DNA from: a virus
Taxonomy: Duplodnaviria; Caudoviricetes
IMG/VR virus record: IMGVR_UViG_3300027971_000057
Location: 1-63,368 of that record
Length of the DNA: 63,368 nucleotides
Direction: 5' to 3' (one strand)
How positions within the stretch are numbered: the first letter of the stretch is position 1; every line of letters begins with the position of its first letter. A model generated the notes under the pieces. That model ran no database searches, had not been told where the DNA came from, and was given only the letters and a program-made list of their open reading frames with translations. The position numbers were made by a program, and so were the translations under genes. Positions 53,942 to 62,247 of the stretch are shown in pieces.

Positions 53942-55371
53942 GGTATCTCCACTTGCCATGCCAGATATGTGCCTGCATTTGCACTCGTAACCATAGTGCC
54001 ACCGTGACCCGCAGTTATAGCACCAGAGGCGCAACTTACTTGCCACATATATTGATTAGTTCGTGTAGTAGTCGCTGGTACAGAAGTAATGTTGGCTACT
54101 ACCGCAGTTCCGCTCCAACTATAGTCACCAAAAACTCCAGTAGTCTCAAGTATTGTCGGCGTTGTACGCATTAAAACGGGGAAGTTACCAGTAGCAATAT
54201 ACGCTGCCGTAGTTGATGCGTATGCGTTAGCTAACACACCAGTCGTCGTGCCCGCAATGATCTTGTAGTAGTAGCGTTGGCAGAGTGCAGCAACAATAGT
54301 CGATGGCAAACGCTCGAAGGGGGTTGCTACAGTACCCTGCTCAAACTGAACTTGACCGACTGTCCATGTACCGCTGATCTGTGCGCCAACGGTGAAGAGA
54401 ATCTCAATACCTGTGGTTGCTCCCGCTGGGACAGCGATATTGGTGCTGTAAATTGCAGGGGTTGCCGTGACTGTGAACGTGCCCGTGGCAATGGTCGTCT
54501 TGGTGGGAGTTGCAATCGTGCCAAAGGTATCTGCTGTGGTCGTGGCGTAAGATGCCGTCCACGTTACCGAAGTCAGCAATGAGTTTGCCAACTCAACAGA
54601 CAATGTGCAGGTATCCCCCGCCATGTCAAAGCAGTTGTTAGCCTCGATTCGCTGACCAACACCGACTGATGTAACCGCGGCTACACCTGTAATCTGAAGC
54701 CGTTTAGATGTGGCATCTACGCCGTTAACCCGCGCTGCCGTGACGTTACCGCCAACACAGTAAACAAAAAACCTATCAACACAAGGATAGCCTAGAAACG
54801 CAGTGGGAACAGCCGTACCTGCGGTAACCGTGGCAGACGTTGCGTGTTGCGCCAAAAGCATGGAACCGTTGATTATGCGGTTACGCATTCCCGCAAGCTG
54901 ACCCCCACCATTTGTACTAGTCAGGACTGTGTCAGCGGTGAATGTCTTGACCCCAGTGATATTTTGAGCGGTGTTGGTGTAAACACCATTAGTGACGGTA
55001 GCGGAATTACCGTTAATGGAGCCAACAATGGTAGAACTAAAAGTCTTGATGCCGCCAATTGTCTGGTCGCCTGTGGTGTAGACGCCATTCGTTACGGTGG
55101 CAGCGTTTCCTACCAGCGCCCCAGTAAAAGTCGTTGAGTAGATGTTGTTCCACAGCAGAGAGGCAGAGCCTATGGTCTGCGTGTTCGTCACCGTGGGGAG
55201 CAAATTCCCCGTGACGGTGGGGTTGGCGAAAGACAGCCCTGAGATGGTAGTGACTGTGTCGCCCAACTGAAACGTAGTTGTTCCGAGCGTAGTGCCCGTC
55301 GCAAAGTTAGAATCTAACTGCGACAACGGCAGCGTCCCGACTTGGGAGGCAAAGATATAGGGTACGGTCAT
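53938..55371 (-). CDS. second tail fibre / receptor-binding protein
   Basis: RNRIINGSM...QFEQGTVATPFE...LCQRYY; repeated TVTNGVYT. Confidence 0.8.
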   Translation of the reverse strand: MTVPYIFASQVGTLPLSQLDSNFATGTTLGTTTFQLGDTVTTISGLSFANPTVTGNLLPTVTNTQTIGSASLLWNNIYSTTFTGALVGNAATVTNGVYTTGDQTIGGIKTFSSTIVGSINGNSATVTNGVYTNTAQNITGVKTFTADTVLTSTNGGGQLAGMRNRIINGSMLLAQHATSATVTAGTAVPTAFLGYPCVDRFFVYCVGGNVTAARVNGVDATSKRLQITGVAAVTSVGVGQRIEANNCFDMAGDTCTLSVELANSLLTSVTWTASYATTTADTFGTIATPTKTTIATGTFTVTATPAIYSTNIAVPAGATTGIEILFTVGAQISGTWTVGQVQFEQGTVATPFERLPSTIVAALCQRYYYKIIAGTTTGVLANAYASTTAAYIATGNFPVLMRTTPTILETTGVFGDYSWSGTAVVANITSVPATTTRTNQYMWQVSCASGAITAGHGGTMVTSANAGTYLAWQVEIP

Positions 55372-55381
55372 TGTGATCTCG

Positions 55382-55534
55382 TCAAGTAGTATTTACCGGA
55401 GTCCATACAGGTACGGAGTTGCTAGTCCAAGCAACAATCTGCATAGCATTATTACCCCACAAAACCACTTCGCTACTGTTATTAACCCAAGTAACCGCTT
55501 GCCCGTTCTGGATAGGGGTCCATACAGTTGGCAT
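55382..55534 (-). CDS. 50-aa Trp-periodic peptide (not in ORF track)
   Basis: GGAGG RBS; MPTVWTPIQNGQAVTWVNNSSEVVLWGNNAMQIVAWTSNSVPVWTPVNTT. Confidence 0.65.
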   Translation of the reverse strand: MPTVWTPIQNGQAVTWVNNSSEVVLWGNNAMQIVAWTSNSVPVWTPVNTT

Positions 55535-55542
55535 AGTACCTC

Positions 55543-55956
55543 CTACGCGATTCTCAGGACTGCGGAACTAGATGTGTTAGCGGGGAGGGTGACGGTAAAC
55601 GTGGCAGATGATATTTTGTCTGCGCCAAAGTCCAGCACTGCAATAGACCTATTTGCTGCCGTCACGTTATAAATTAACGCGCCCCGCGCAGTCAATGCGG
55701 CGTTAAACACGGGGTTGTTAAAACTTATATACGCAACATTATTGGCGGAGTTGATGGTCACCCCAGTCAACACAATGCCGCCTGCTGTATAGCCTGACGC
55801 TACAACCTCATTGCTGGTGGTATACACGGTTGTGTCTGCATTCAACGTAGCACCCGAGGTGTACAGCGCGATCTTAATTGAGTTCGACAATAGGTTATGA
55901 ACTGCTTGAGGCAGTTCAACCTTAAAGCTTGTCGTCATCGTTTGAGTAAGGGACAT
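55543..55956 (-). CDS. putative tail-associated structural protein
   Basis: TSFKVEL, KIALYT, GYTAGG, VLDFG. Confidence 0.65.
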   Translation of the reverse strand: MSLTQTMTTSFKVELPQAVHNLLSNSIKIALYTSGATLNADTTVYTTSNEVVASGYTAGGIVLTGVTINSANNVAYISFNNPVFNAALTARGALIYNVTAANRSIAVLDFGADKISSATFTVTLPANTSSSAVLRIA

Positions 55957-55957
55957 A

Positions 55958-56623
55958 TCAAGTCACAGGTTGACGATACTGACCAGAACGATACGCATCT
56001 TGACGCTCCAGACCATCACCAAGACGTTTAGCCAACACAAGGGCTTCCTTGTACTTGCCATCGTACAGCGCCATCATGTCCGCCTCACCCTTCATATAGG
56101 TGTAGGCTTCAACAAGAGCACCATAAAGCAAGACAGTGTCAAAGTTATCTCCGAGCCATGTCTGCCCGCCCGATACTGTGGTGATTGACTCGGGATAGAA
56201 GAAGTAATGCAGTTCTACGCTGTAGATGGCATCGGGCGTGGGACCGACAATGAACACTAGTTCTTTGGCGTTTGTAGAGTCTGGACCAAACAGCGCGTAA
56301 TACTTGGGTGTGCCCACAGTTGTGGGGCTTGCAGGTACTGGATACGCCTCACGAATGAAGTTCACATCCTTGTTTAGCAAGAACGTATACGCCCCACTCC
56401 CCGTGTAAACCGCCATTGAGTACGCCGATAAGAAGTCTGTGGGGCAAGCAATATACGGTGTGTTGATCGTTGTTGCCCCCGTCACGTTCTTGCGAAGTGA
56501 TGGAAACTGGACGCTATTGAATATCCGCTGCTCCGCTTGCGTAATGAACGTGTTCATGTTCGCAGTCGGAAATTGATTTTCCGTGTAGGAGGAGATCGCA
56601 GATACAAGCGCCGAATAGTTCAT
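55958..56623 (-). CDS. head-tail adaptor / tubular protein-like
   Basis: FITQAEQRI, GPTPD, LLYGALVEAYTYMKGE. Confidence 0.65.
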   Translation of the reverse strand: MNYSALVSAISSYTENQFPTANMNTFITQAEQRIFNSVQFPSLRKNVTGATTINTPYIACPTDFLSAYSMAVYTGSGAYTFLLNKDVNFIREAYPVPASPTTVGTPKYYALFGPDSTNAKELVFIVGPTPDAIYSVELHYFFYPESITTVSGGQTWLGDNFDTVLLYGALVEAYTYMKGEADMMALYDGKYKEALVLAKRLGDGLERQDAYRSGQYRQPVT

Positions 56624-56895
56624 GCCATCGGACCTCTAGCCATCGTTCCTTTGGTGGCGCAGCCTGTACCACGGATCTTGATACCGCTGGTCTTAGTGTC
56701 CGTTGACTCTGTAGTAGTCGAGTTGGTGATGGCTACACCAGACATGGGCGTCCAAGGTTGCTTTCGCGGCTCCATCTTGGGAACAATACCTACATCTTTT
56801 AGGGAGAGAGGCTTGCCTGACATGGTGTGGGGCTCTGCGTAAACGCTGGCAGGACCAACTTCTTTGCCGCCTTGTTTTTGACTGTATTTAGCCAT
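56620..56895 (-). CDS. small basic protein
   Basis: ends GIKIRGTGCATKGTMARGPMA. Confidence 0.65.
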   Translation of the reverse strand: MAKYSQKQGGKEVGPASVYAEPHTMSGKPLSLKDVGIVPKMEPRKQPWTPMSGVAITNSTTTESTDTKTSGIKIRGTGCATKGTMARGPMA

Positions 56896-56898
56896 GAT

Positions 56899-57096
56899 TC
56901 AACCCGTCTTTTGACTAGCCACACGAGACATTCCACGGCCAAGACGCATACGGTCTTCACCAGTAGGGCCACCCTTCTTGAGCTTCAGGGACGTACCCTT
57001 GCCGCCCTTATGCTCTTGAGCATCGTGCTGCTTAAAAGCCTTCTTGATCATGGCCTTATCTTGGGCCATATCAGACTTACCGCTTTCCTTAGCCAT
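56899..57096 (-). CDS. small basic protein
   Basis: GGAGG RBS; LKKGG. Confidence 0.65.
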   Translation of the reverse strand: MAKESGKSDMAQDKAMIKKAFKQHDAQEHKGGKGTSLKLKKGGPTGEDRMRLGRGMSRVASQKTG

Positions 57097-57105
57097 ATGG
57101 CCTCC

Positions 57106-57495
57106 TTATGTCACGCTAACCGTGACTGTACCAACAATTCCCTGTGCTACCAAGTCATTTGGTGTTAGCAAGGTATCGAAAAAGCTGGCCCCGCCTACCG
57201 GATTCCAGCCCCATTGAAACACTCGACTGCCTTCGCCGTAAGACCCAGTACTTGTCAGTCCTGACTGGTAGTAGCTCAAGTCTCGGCGAGGCTCACGTAC
57301 TGCCTGTGGATCATCTACCGGATACATACCCAGTTGCAGTTGCGGATGATCTGGATCCCAGCAGGTAGGACAAACCAAAAGGTTGTACACCTTGGTCTTC
57401 TTGACTTCCTTCTTGAGCGCAGTCAGCTTAAACCGTTGCCCACATCTATCGCATTCTGCGATAGAGTTTTTGCCTGACGCGAATCTATTGCCCAT
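57106..57495 (-). CDS. zinc-finger protein
   Basis: CDRCG...VCPTCWDPDHPQ. Confidence 0.7.
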   Translation of the reverse strand: MGNRFASGKNSIAECDRCGQRFKLTALKKEVKKTKVYNLLVCPTCWDPDHPQLQLGMYPVDDPQAVREPRRDLSYYQSGLTSTGSYGEGSRVFQWGWNPVGGASFFDTLLTPNDLVAQGIVGTVTVSVT

Positions 57496-57496
57496 A

Positions 57497-58189
57497 TCAG
57501 CCTATGAACATCTGCCTTGGAACAAATCGTACCGCTGCCTTCTCGCGGTCCTCAGATGATGCCAGATCCCAAGCTTCGTCGTACTGAGCCTTGAGTGTTT
57601 CGAGGCGGCTAATGCCGTCAGGAACCTTTAGCGCAAGGTAGTAGGCCAGTCCTGCAACCATGCAGGGGATGAACCGGAATGGCACATCCATCGTGTTCAC
57701 GCCATTGCCAGCATCTTGGATACGACGAAGATACCAATACACAAAGGTGTAGGTCTGCGAAGCATCTGGGATCGGCCAAACGGTGATGTTTGGGATAGGC
57801 GCTTGCCTATTGATATAGACCTGAATTGGCCTAGCCTGACTCAACTTGTTAGGAATCGTAGCGTAGGTAGAGACAGAGATGCGTGTGATCGTCAGGTCAG
57901 CCTGAGTTGATGAGTTCCCTGCGCCTGTACGTACAACGTGTTCAAGCAGATCTACCGTATCAGATGGGAGATCATACGTCGCAGTACCCGGAACAAGGGT
58001 GATAGAAGACTGTGCAACAGTCCATAGGTTAATCCCGCGATTAGCCCAATCAGCAAAAAGCAAATTGAGACTACGCCTTGCAGTCTTGAGATCGTAACCT
58101 GAACGAAGCTCCGCACCACAACGCTCGAATGCTTCTTCGACCAGTTCGGTCAGATCAAGATTAAAGATTGTGAGATTGGAGGTAGCCAT
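57497..58189 (-). CDS. tail tubular protein A-like
   Basis: EEAFERCG...ARRSLNL...WANRG, AGLAYYLA. Confidence 0.65.
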   Translation of the reverse strand: MATSNLTIFNLDLTELVEEAFERCGAELRSGYDLKTARRSLNLLFADWANRGINLWTVAQSSITLVPGTATYDLPSDTVDLLEHVVRTGAGNSSTQADLTITRISVSTYATIPNKLSQARPIQVYINRQAPIPNITVWPIPDASQTYTFVYWYLRRIQDAGNGVNTMDVPFRFIPCMVAGLAYYLALKVPDGISRLETLKAQYDEAWDLASSEDREKAAVRFVPRQMFIG

Positions 58190-58743
58190 TACATCACCGA
58201 AGTAGGTAGATTAGCGGACTCGGGGGTAGTAATAGGGGCAGAAGGGGTGATCGAGCCTAGACCTCGATTTCTATAGTTTTCCAAAAATTGCCTAAAGCCG
58301 TCAGGATCCGCCTCAATAGCACGTTGCCCAAGCATACCCCCCGAACGACCATAAGCATCCTGAAAAAGAGTGCTATTTGCTCCGGGCATACCGCCTTTGC
58401 CGCCGTGCATAGGGATACCTTGAGGCTGTTGCATATCATGTGGTCCCATGCCGCCATGCCGCTGCATAAAACTTGGAAAAGTCTGTTGAAATCTCTCCAT
58501 ACCCGCTTGCTGTGGCGTCCCTGCTGGGCCTTGCGCTCCGGGCATACCACCTTTGCCACCGTGCATTGGAATCCCCTGCATGGGGCTCTGTGAAGGCTGC
58601 TGCATGGGGTTCTGGGGCGGAACCTGCCCTGAGAAAGTAGTGCGAGGTGTAACCGCTCCGCCCATAATAGTTGGAGGTCTCTGCACCGGATTTTGTGCAG
58701 TGGGCATACCGCCCATAGGTCTTTTAATTCCGCCAGCACCCAT
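58189..58743 (-). CDS. low-complexity G/P/Q/M-rich protein
   Basis: QGIPMHGGKGGMPGA twice; 1-nt stop/start overlaps at both ends. Confidence 0.65.
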   Translation of the reverse strand: MGAGGIKRPMGGMPTAQNPVQRPPTIMGGAVTPRTTFSGQVPPQNPMQQPSQSPMQGIPMHGGKGGMPGAQGPAGTPQQAGMERFQQTFPSFMQRHGGMGPHDMQQPQGIPMHGGKGGMPGANSTLFQDAYGRSGGMLGQRAIEADPDGFRQFLENYRNRGLGSITPSAPITTPESANLPTSVM

Positions 58744-58976
58744 TATCTATACCCCGCTGTTTTCTTAGCAATGTTTTTTGGCTGTGCAACGAACTGCTTA
58801 CCCGCTGCCTTACCTACCCGTTTAGCTTTGGTGGTTGCTGCGTACTCCGCAGGAGACAAGGACTTGATCGCTGCTTCTGGCAAGTAGCGTTCGCCTGTTT
58901 TAGACGAAGGCTTCCCCGACTTGGTACGCCACTTCTGGTCGCCCCAATTCTTCAGGGATTGCTGTGGTGCTTTCAA
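58743..58976 (-). CDS. small basic protein (DUF5872-like)
   Basis: QKWRTKSGKPSSKTGERYLP. Confidence 0.7.
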   Translation of the reverse strand: MKAPQQSLKNWGDQKWRTKSGKPSSKTGERYLPEAAIKSLSPAEYAATTKAKRVGKAAGKQFVAQPKNIAKKTAGYR

Positions 58977-59401
58977 TCTTTATATCCTTTTGCATTTTGT
59001 TCAAGATAATCCGCAGCCGCACGCAAAGTTTCAATATTATCTTTGGCGTGCCCAATCATATTGTTGCATGGGTTACACAAAATGCCGCGAACTTTTCCGC
59101 TTGTATGGCAATGATCTACATCAAGTTTTTTATCGATTTCATCTTCGGTTATGCCACATATCATGCAAGCATACCCCTCATTTAATCGCATTTGTTCCCA
59201 CTGTTCGTAAGTTAGCCCATACCGCAACTGCAATTTCTCTGCTTTTCTGTTGCGGGGTGTAGTTGGGCTTTCTCGTTTGTATTCTTGATGACAGGGTTTG
59301 CAACGAGCGCTTGAATATTGTTTATCTGCCCACTTATCAAAAAACTTATAGAAGTCTTCCAGCGGTTTTTCAGAATTACATTTCAAGCAGATTTTAGTCA
59401 C
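58973..59401 (-). CDS. endonuclease VII-like HNH endonuclease
   Basis: CLKC...CKPC; YGLT, CMIC, VDHCHTSGKVRGILCNPCN; GTG start overlapping upstream stop. Confidence 0.9.
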   Translation of the reverse strand: MTKICLKCNSEKPLEDFYKFFDKWADKQYSSARCKPCHQEYKRESPTTPRNRKAEKLQLRYGLTYEQWEQMRLNEGYACMICGITEDEIDKKLDVDHCHTSGKVRGILCNPCNNMIGHAKDNIETLRAAADYLEQNAKGYKD

Positions 59402-59618
59402 GGTAAGAACCCCCAGCAGCTTTGTACTTCTTGGCAACTAGCTGCGCCTTACGCGCTGACCATTGCCCAGCACCTGTACCCTGAGTAGCCGCTGCTTTGA
59501 CCTGAGCCACGATCTTCTTACGTACAGTAGGCTTAGTATAGTTACCCGCAGCGTTTACTTTACCGCCACTCTTAAGCTTGGCAGGGTTCACAGCACCCAT
59601 ACCACGGCTAGGTCTCAT
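59394..59618 (-). CDS. small basic protein
   Basis: GNYTKP...GQWSARKAQL. Confidence 0.7.
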   Translation of the reverse strand: MRPSRGMGAVNPAKLKSGGKVNAAGNYTKPTVRKKIVAQVKAAATQGTGAGQWSARKAQLVAKKYKAAGGSYRD

Positions 59619-59821
59619 ACGTTCCTACCCTTAGTCTTACCACGCTGGGCACAGCCGTCACCACGGCTAGATGCTGAAGACTTGACTGCGCCGCCTTTCT
59701 TCATACCTCCATACGTCTGTGAGCCGGGGTTGTAGGTGTATTGCTGGCCGGGGCCAGCATCGGCTTGCTTCATCTGCTTCATCCGCCGCATTATGTCTAC
59801 GATTTTACTAAAGCCGCCCAT
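59615..59821 (-). CDS. small protein with RGDGCAQRGKT tail
   Basis: TAATG overlap; MKKGG. Confidence 0.65.
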   Translation of the reverse strand: MGGFSKIVDIMRRMKQMKQADAGPGQQYTYNPGSQTYGGMKKGGAVKSSASSRGDGCAQRGKTKGRNV

Positions 59822-60084
59822 TATACGTTCCTTCCTCGGGTCTTGCCCCGCTGGGCACAACCATCACCGCGAGTAACACCGCCCTTAGCCATCTTGGTAG
59901 GACCAGATGCGGGGGTAGAGGGAGGAGGTGCAGAGGCTTTCTTCTTCGCTTTTTTAAGCTTCTCTGCGGCTTGTTCCGCAAGGGTCAGACCAGAAGCGGG
60001 CTCTTGAGCCATCATATCTCGGCCATAGTCCGATTTATCTACTGAGCCTGATGCACCGCCGTCCGCCATCTTTTTAGATTTCAT
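59821..60084 (-). CDS. small protein with RGDGCAQRGKT tail
   Basis: MADGG, MAKGG. Confidence 0.65.
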   Translation of the reverse strand: MKSKKMADGGASGSVDKSDYGRDMMAQEPASGLTLAEQAAEKLKKAKKKASAPPPSTPASGPTKMAKGGVTRGDGCAQRGKTRGRNV

Positions 60085-60092
60085 GCTACGCC

Positions 60093-60617
60093 TCACATTT
60101 CTTTAGAAGCTTGGGGCTTGGTACGGCCACGCTGGGCGATACCGTCCCTGCCTTTAGAGGTAGCCTTTACAATTTTAGTATTGGGCTTGTACCCCTTCTC
60201 AACGCCTTCGCCCATCGAAGACTTGGTCAGCTTACCCGACAGATCGCCGCCAGTGCGATTAGCGTTCTTAAAGCTAGCCAACCCACCACCAGCCATTTTG
60301 GTACAGCCGCCCTTTTTCATACCTGCTTGCTTTTGGTCCAGCGCCATGTCTGCTTTAGAGCCTTCTTTCATGCCCTTCTTCTCGACATCTTTGCCAGATT
60401 TTTCAAATGAGGCTTTTTTCTTAGCCATCATTGCTGCAAAACCAGCGTTCATTTTAGAAGCCATAGTATCACCACCTTTTGCAAATGTGCGGCCCTTGTC
60501 GGCCTTGGTAAAGTCAGAGCCGACGCTCTGAGGAATTCCAACTTTCTTTGCAAAAGCTGGGTTGTTGGCGATTGCCGCCATAAAGTTGTGCTGTTTCTTT
60601 GAAGAAGACGGCATCAT
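60093..60617 (-). CDS. Lys/Gly-rich protein
   Basis: SKKQHNFMAA; FAKGG, MKKGG, MAGGG; DGIAQRGRT. Confidence 0.7.
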   Translation of the reverse strand: MMPSSSKKQHNFMAAIANNPAFAKKVGIPQSVGSDFTKADKGRTFAKGGDTMASKMNAGFAAMMAKKKASFEKSGKDVEKKGMKEGSKADMALDQKQAGMKKGGCTKMAGGGLASFKNANRTGGDLSGKLTKSSMGEGVEKGYKPNTKIVKATSKGRDGIAQRGRTKPQASKEM

Positions 60618-60626
60618 TGTTTCCTG

Positions 60627-61154
60627 TTAGTCCACTCGCGGACGATTGGCCTTGCTACCAAACAAAACTTGTATATTGTGAGCAAATACAAGTAGCTGCT
60701 CTGTCGATGCCGTGGTTTTCATTTTATTTGCCAACCACGAAACAACCCAAACATTCTCTTTTACGTATCCTTGCTTGTTATCCTTGCGGTCCAGTGAAGG
60801 TGATGCGTCTTGTGGGCCGTGTCCGCCCCTACGAGGTGCTATTGGAATGCCCAGTAGAGGGCAGACAGGTGGTATTTTGATATCTTCAAGCGTTATAGAA
60901 AAGGCCATCCCGTCTTTTTTCGCCCTATTTCTCGCCGCACGAAACAACACTGCTTCAGGGTTTTTTTGCTCCCATACTCTTTTTTGCAGTGTCGCTAACG
61001 CCCGACGTTCTGGGTCATTTTTTATTTTCTCCGACGTGCGGGCTCGCGCAGCTTGAACTTTTTCAGGGTTTGCTTTTTCCCACGCTTGTGCCTGAAGGCG
61101 TTTTTGCCCCTTGTGCTCTTGATAGTATTGTTTGTGGTACTCAGCGTTATACAC
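60627..61154 (-). CDS. free-standing HNH-like endonuclease
   Basis: CPLLGIPI...SPSLDRKDNKQGYVKENVWVVSWLANKMK; same family as 18964..19500. Confidence 0.85.
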   Translation of the reverse strand: MYNAEYHKQYYQEHKGQKRLQAQAWEKANPEKVQAARARTSEKIKNDPERRALATLQKRVWEQKNPEAVLFRAARNRAKKDGMAFSITLEDIKIPPVCPLLGIPIAPRRGGHGPQDASPSLDRKDNKQGYVKENVWVVSWLANKMKTTASTEQLLVFAHNIQVLFGSKANRPRVD

Positions 61155-61156
61155 GG

Positions 61157-61342
61157 CTACTTACCTCTTATACGCTTAATAGCGGAGCGTACCGTGTCCG
61201 TTTCCATTATCCGAATTCCCGTCCAAATGATCGTAAACAGTGCTGCGATAGATGGTAGAACATCCACAAGCGTGCCTACTACAGTTACAAAGGACACGGC
61301 ATCCAGCGCGTGTTTGGTAGCCTCAAGAGCTTCATCTTTCAT
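61157..61342 (-). CDS. small membrane (holin-like) protein
   Basis: 61 aa with hydrophobic core and basic tail. Confidence 0.6.
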   Translation of the reverse strand: MKDEALEATKHALDAVSFVTVVGTLVDVLPSIAALFTIIWTGIRIMETDTVRSAIKRIRGK

Positions 61343-61343
61343 G

Positions 61344-61586
61344 TCAGCACTTCCATCGTTGCATTGATGCTCTAGCACGACTGCCCTCCTCAGACTTTTC
61401 TGCGATAGGTTTCATACGAGCACAGAAAGATTTCTTACGGGGGCCACCTTCGGGTTGAGGTGCTTTGAGGTTGCTGCCCGTGTCCGCATTGTATTTGGCT
61501 CTACCCTTGGCAGTCAATCCTGCGCCCTTGGATACAGGCAACTTTTCGCCGCGACCAACAGCCAATGAAGGTGTTTTCTTAGCCAT
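61344..61586 (-). CDS. small basic protein
   Basis: GLTAKGRAKYN...RKKSFCARM...RWKC. Confidence 0.7.
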   Translation of the reverse strand: MAKKTPSLAVGRGEKLPVSKGAGLTAKGRAKYNADTGSNLKAPQPEGGPRKKSFCARMKPIAEKSEEGSRARASMQRWKC

Positions 61587-61588
61587 GA

Positions 61589-61963
61589 TTAAGCAATTCC
61601 GATCTCGCCTTCTGCTTGGAACGTCAGTGCCGTAGCCGTACCGGCACCACCAACCAAAAAATCCGTAGAGTCAAGCCTAACTTGACCGTACCAATCAACA
61701 AACGAATTGGCTGGGACACTTTGTGCGATACCCATAAATTCCGTACCCGCTGTGTTAGCGCCTGTGGCACCAATGTACAGCGAGAATGTTGCCGCTGATG
61801 CCGTTTTATTGACAATACGGATGTGTTTGATGAGAACGTAAGGTTGCGTCATCGTAAAACCAACTGGGCCAGCAATTGAGGTTACTGCTGGGTTAATAAT
61901 GTTGGTTGTAAGAGTCGTAGTAAGGGCTACGGGGCCAAAACGAATAACTTTATTTGCTGCCAT
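61589..61963 (-). CDS. putative virion structural protein
   Basis: 124 aa beta-rich; AGGAG RBS. Confidence 0.6.
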   Translation of the reverse strand: MAANKVIRFGPVALTTTLTTNIINPAVTSIAGPVGFTMTQPYVLIKHIRIVNKTASAATFSLYIGATGANTAGTEFMGIAQSVPANSFVDWYGQVRLDSTDFLVGGAGTATALTFQAEGEIGIA

Positions 61964-61975
61964 GATTTCTCCTAA

Positions 61976-62245
61976 TTAACAATCTTCAGCGTTTTGAAAC
62001 TCTGGGCGTTGCTTCATGAGCGCGTACACCGCAGGGCGAGTCATGTCGGGAGCGTAATCTGCACCAACAATTTCCATCTTTCCAGCCGTTAAGGGGTGCT
62101 TACTAGCGTCGCGTGCGGCTTTGGATGCGTAACCGTAAAATGTGACTTCAGCACTCTTGCCCCCAAAACTTTCTTGGATGGCTCCAATGTGCCAATAGGT
62201 TGCGTAAATGCCGTAGTCGGTTTCTATTGGTTTCAAAAGTGCCAT
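61976..62245 (-). CDS. hypothetical protein after the fibre gene
   Basis: 89 aa; AGGA RBS. Confidence 0.6.
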   Translation of the reverse strand: MALLKPIETDYGIYATYWHIGAIQESFGGKSAEVTFYGYASKAARDASKHPLTAGKMEIVGADYAPDMTRPAVYALMKQRPEFQNAEDC

Positions 62246-62247
62246 GT

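Noticed and set aside
51554-55371. Diversity-generating retroelement targeting the fibres
   Set aside because: No reverse transcriptase and no adenine-specific template/variable repeat pair were seen
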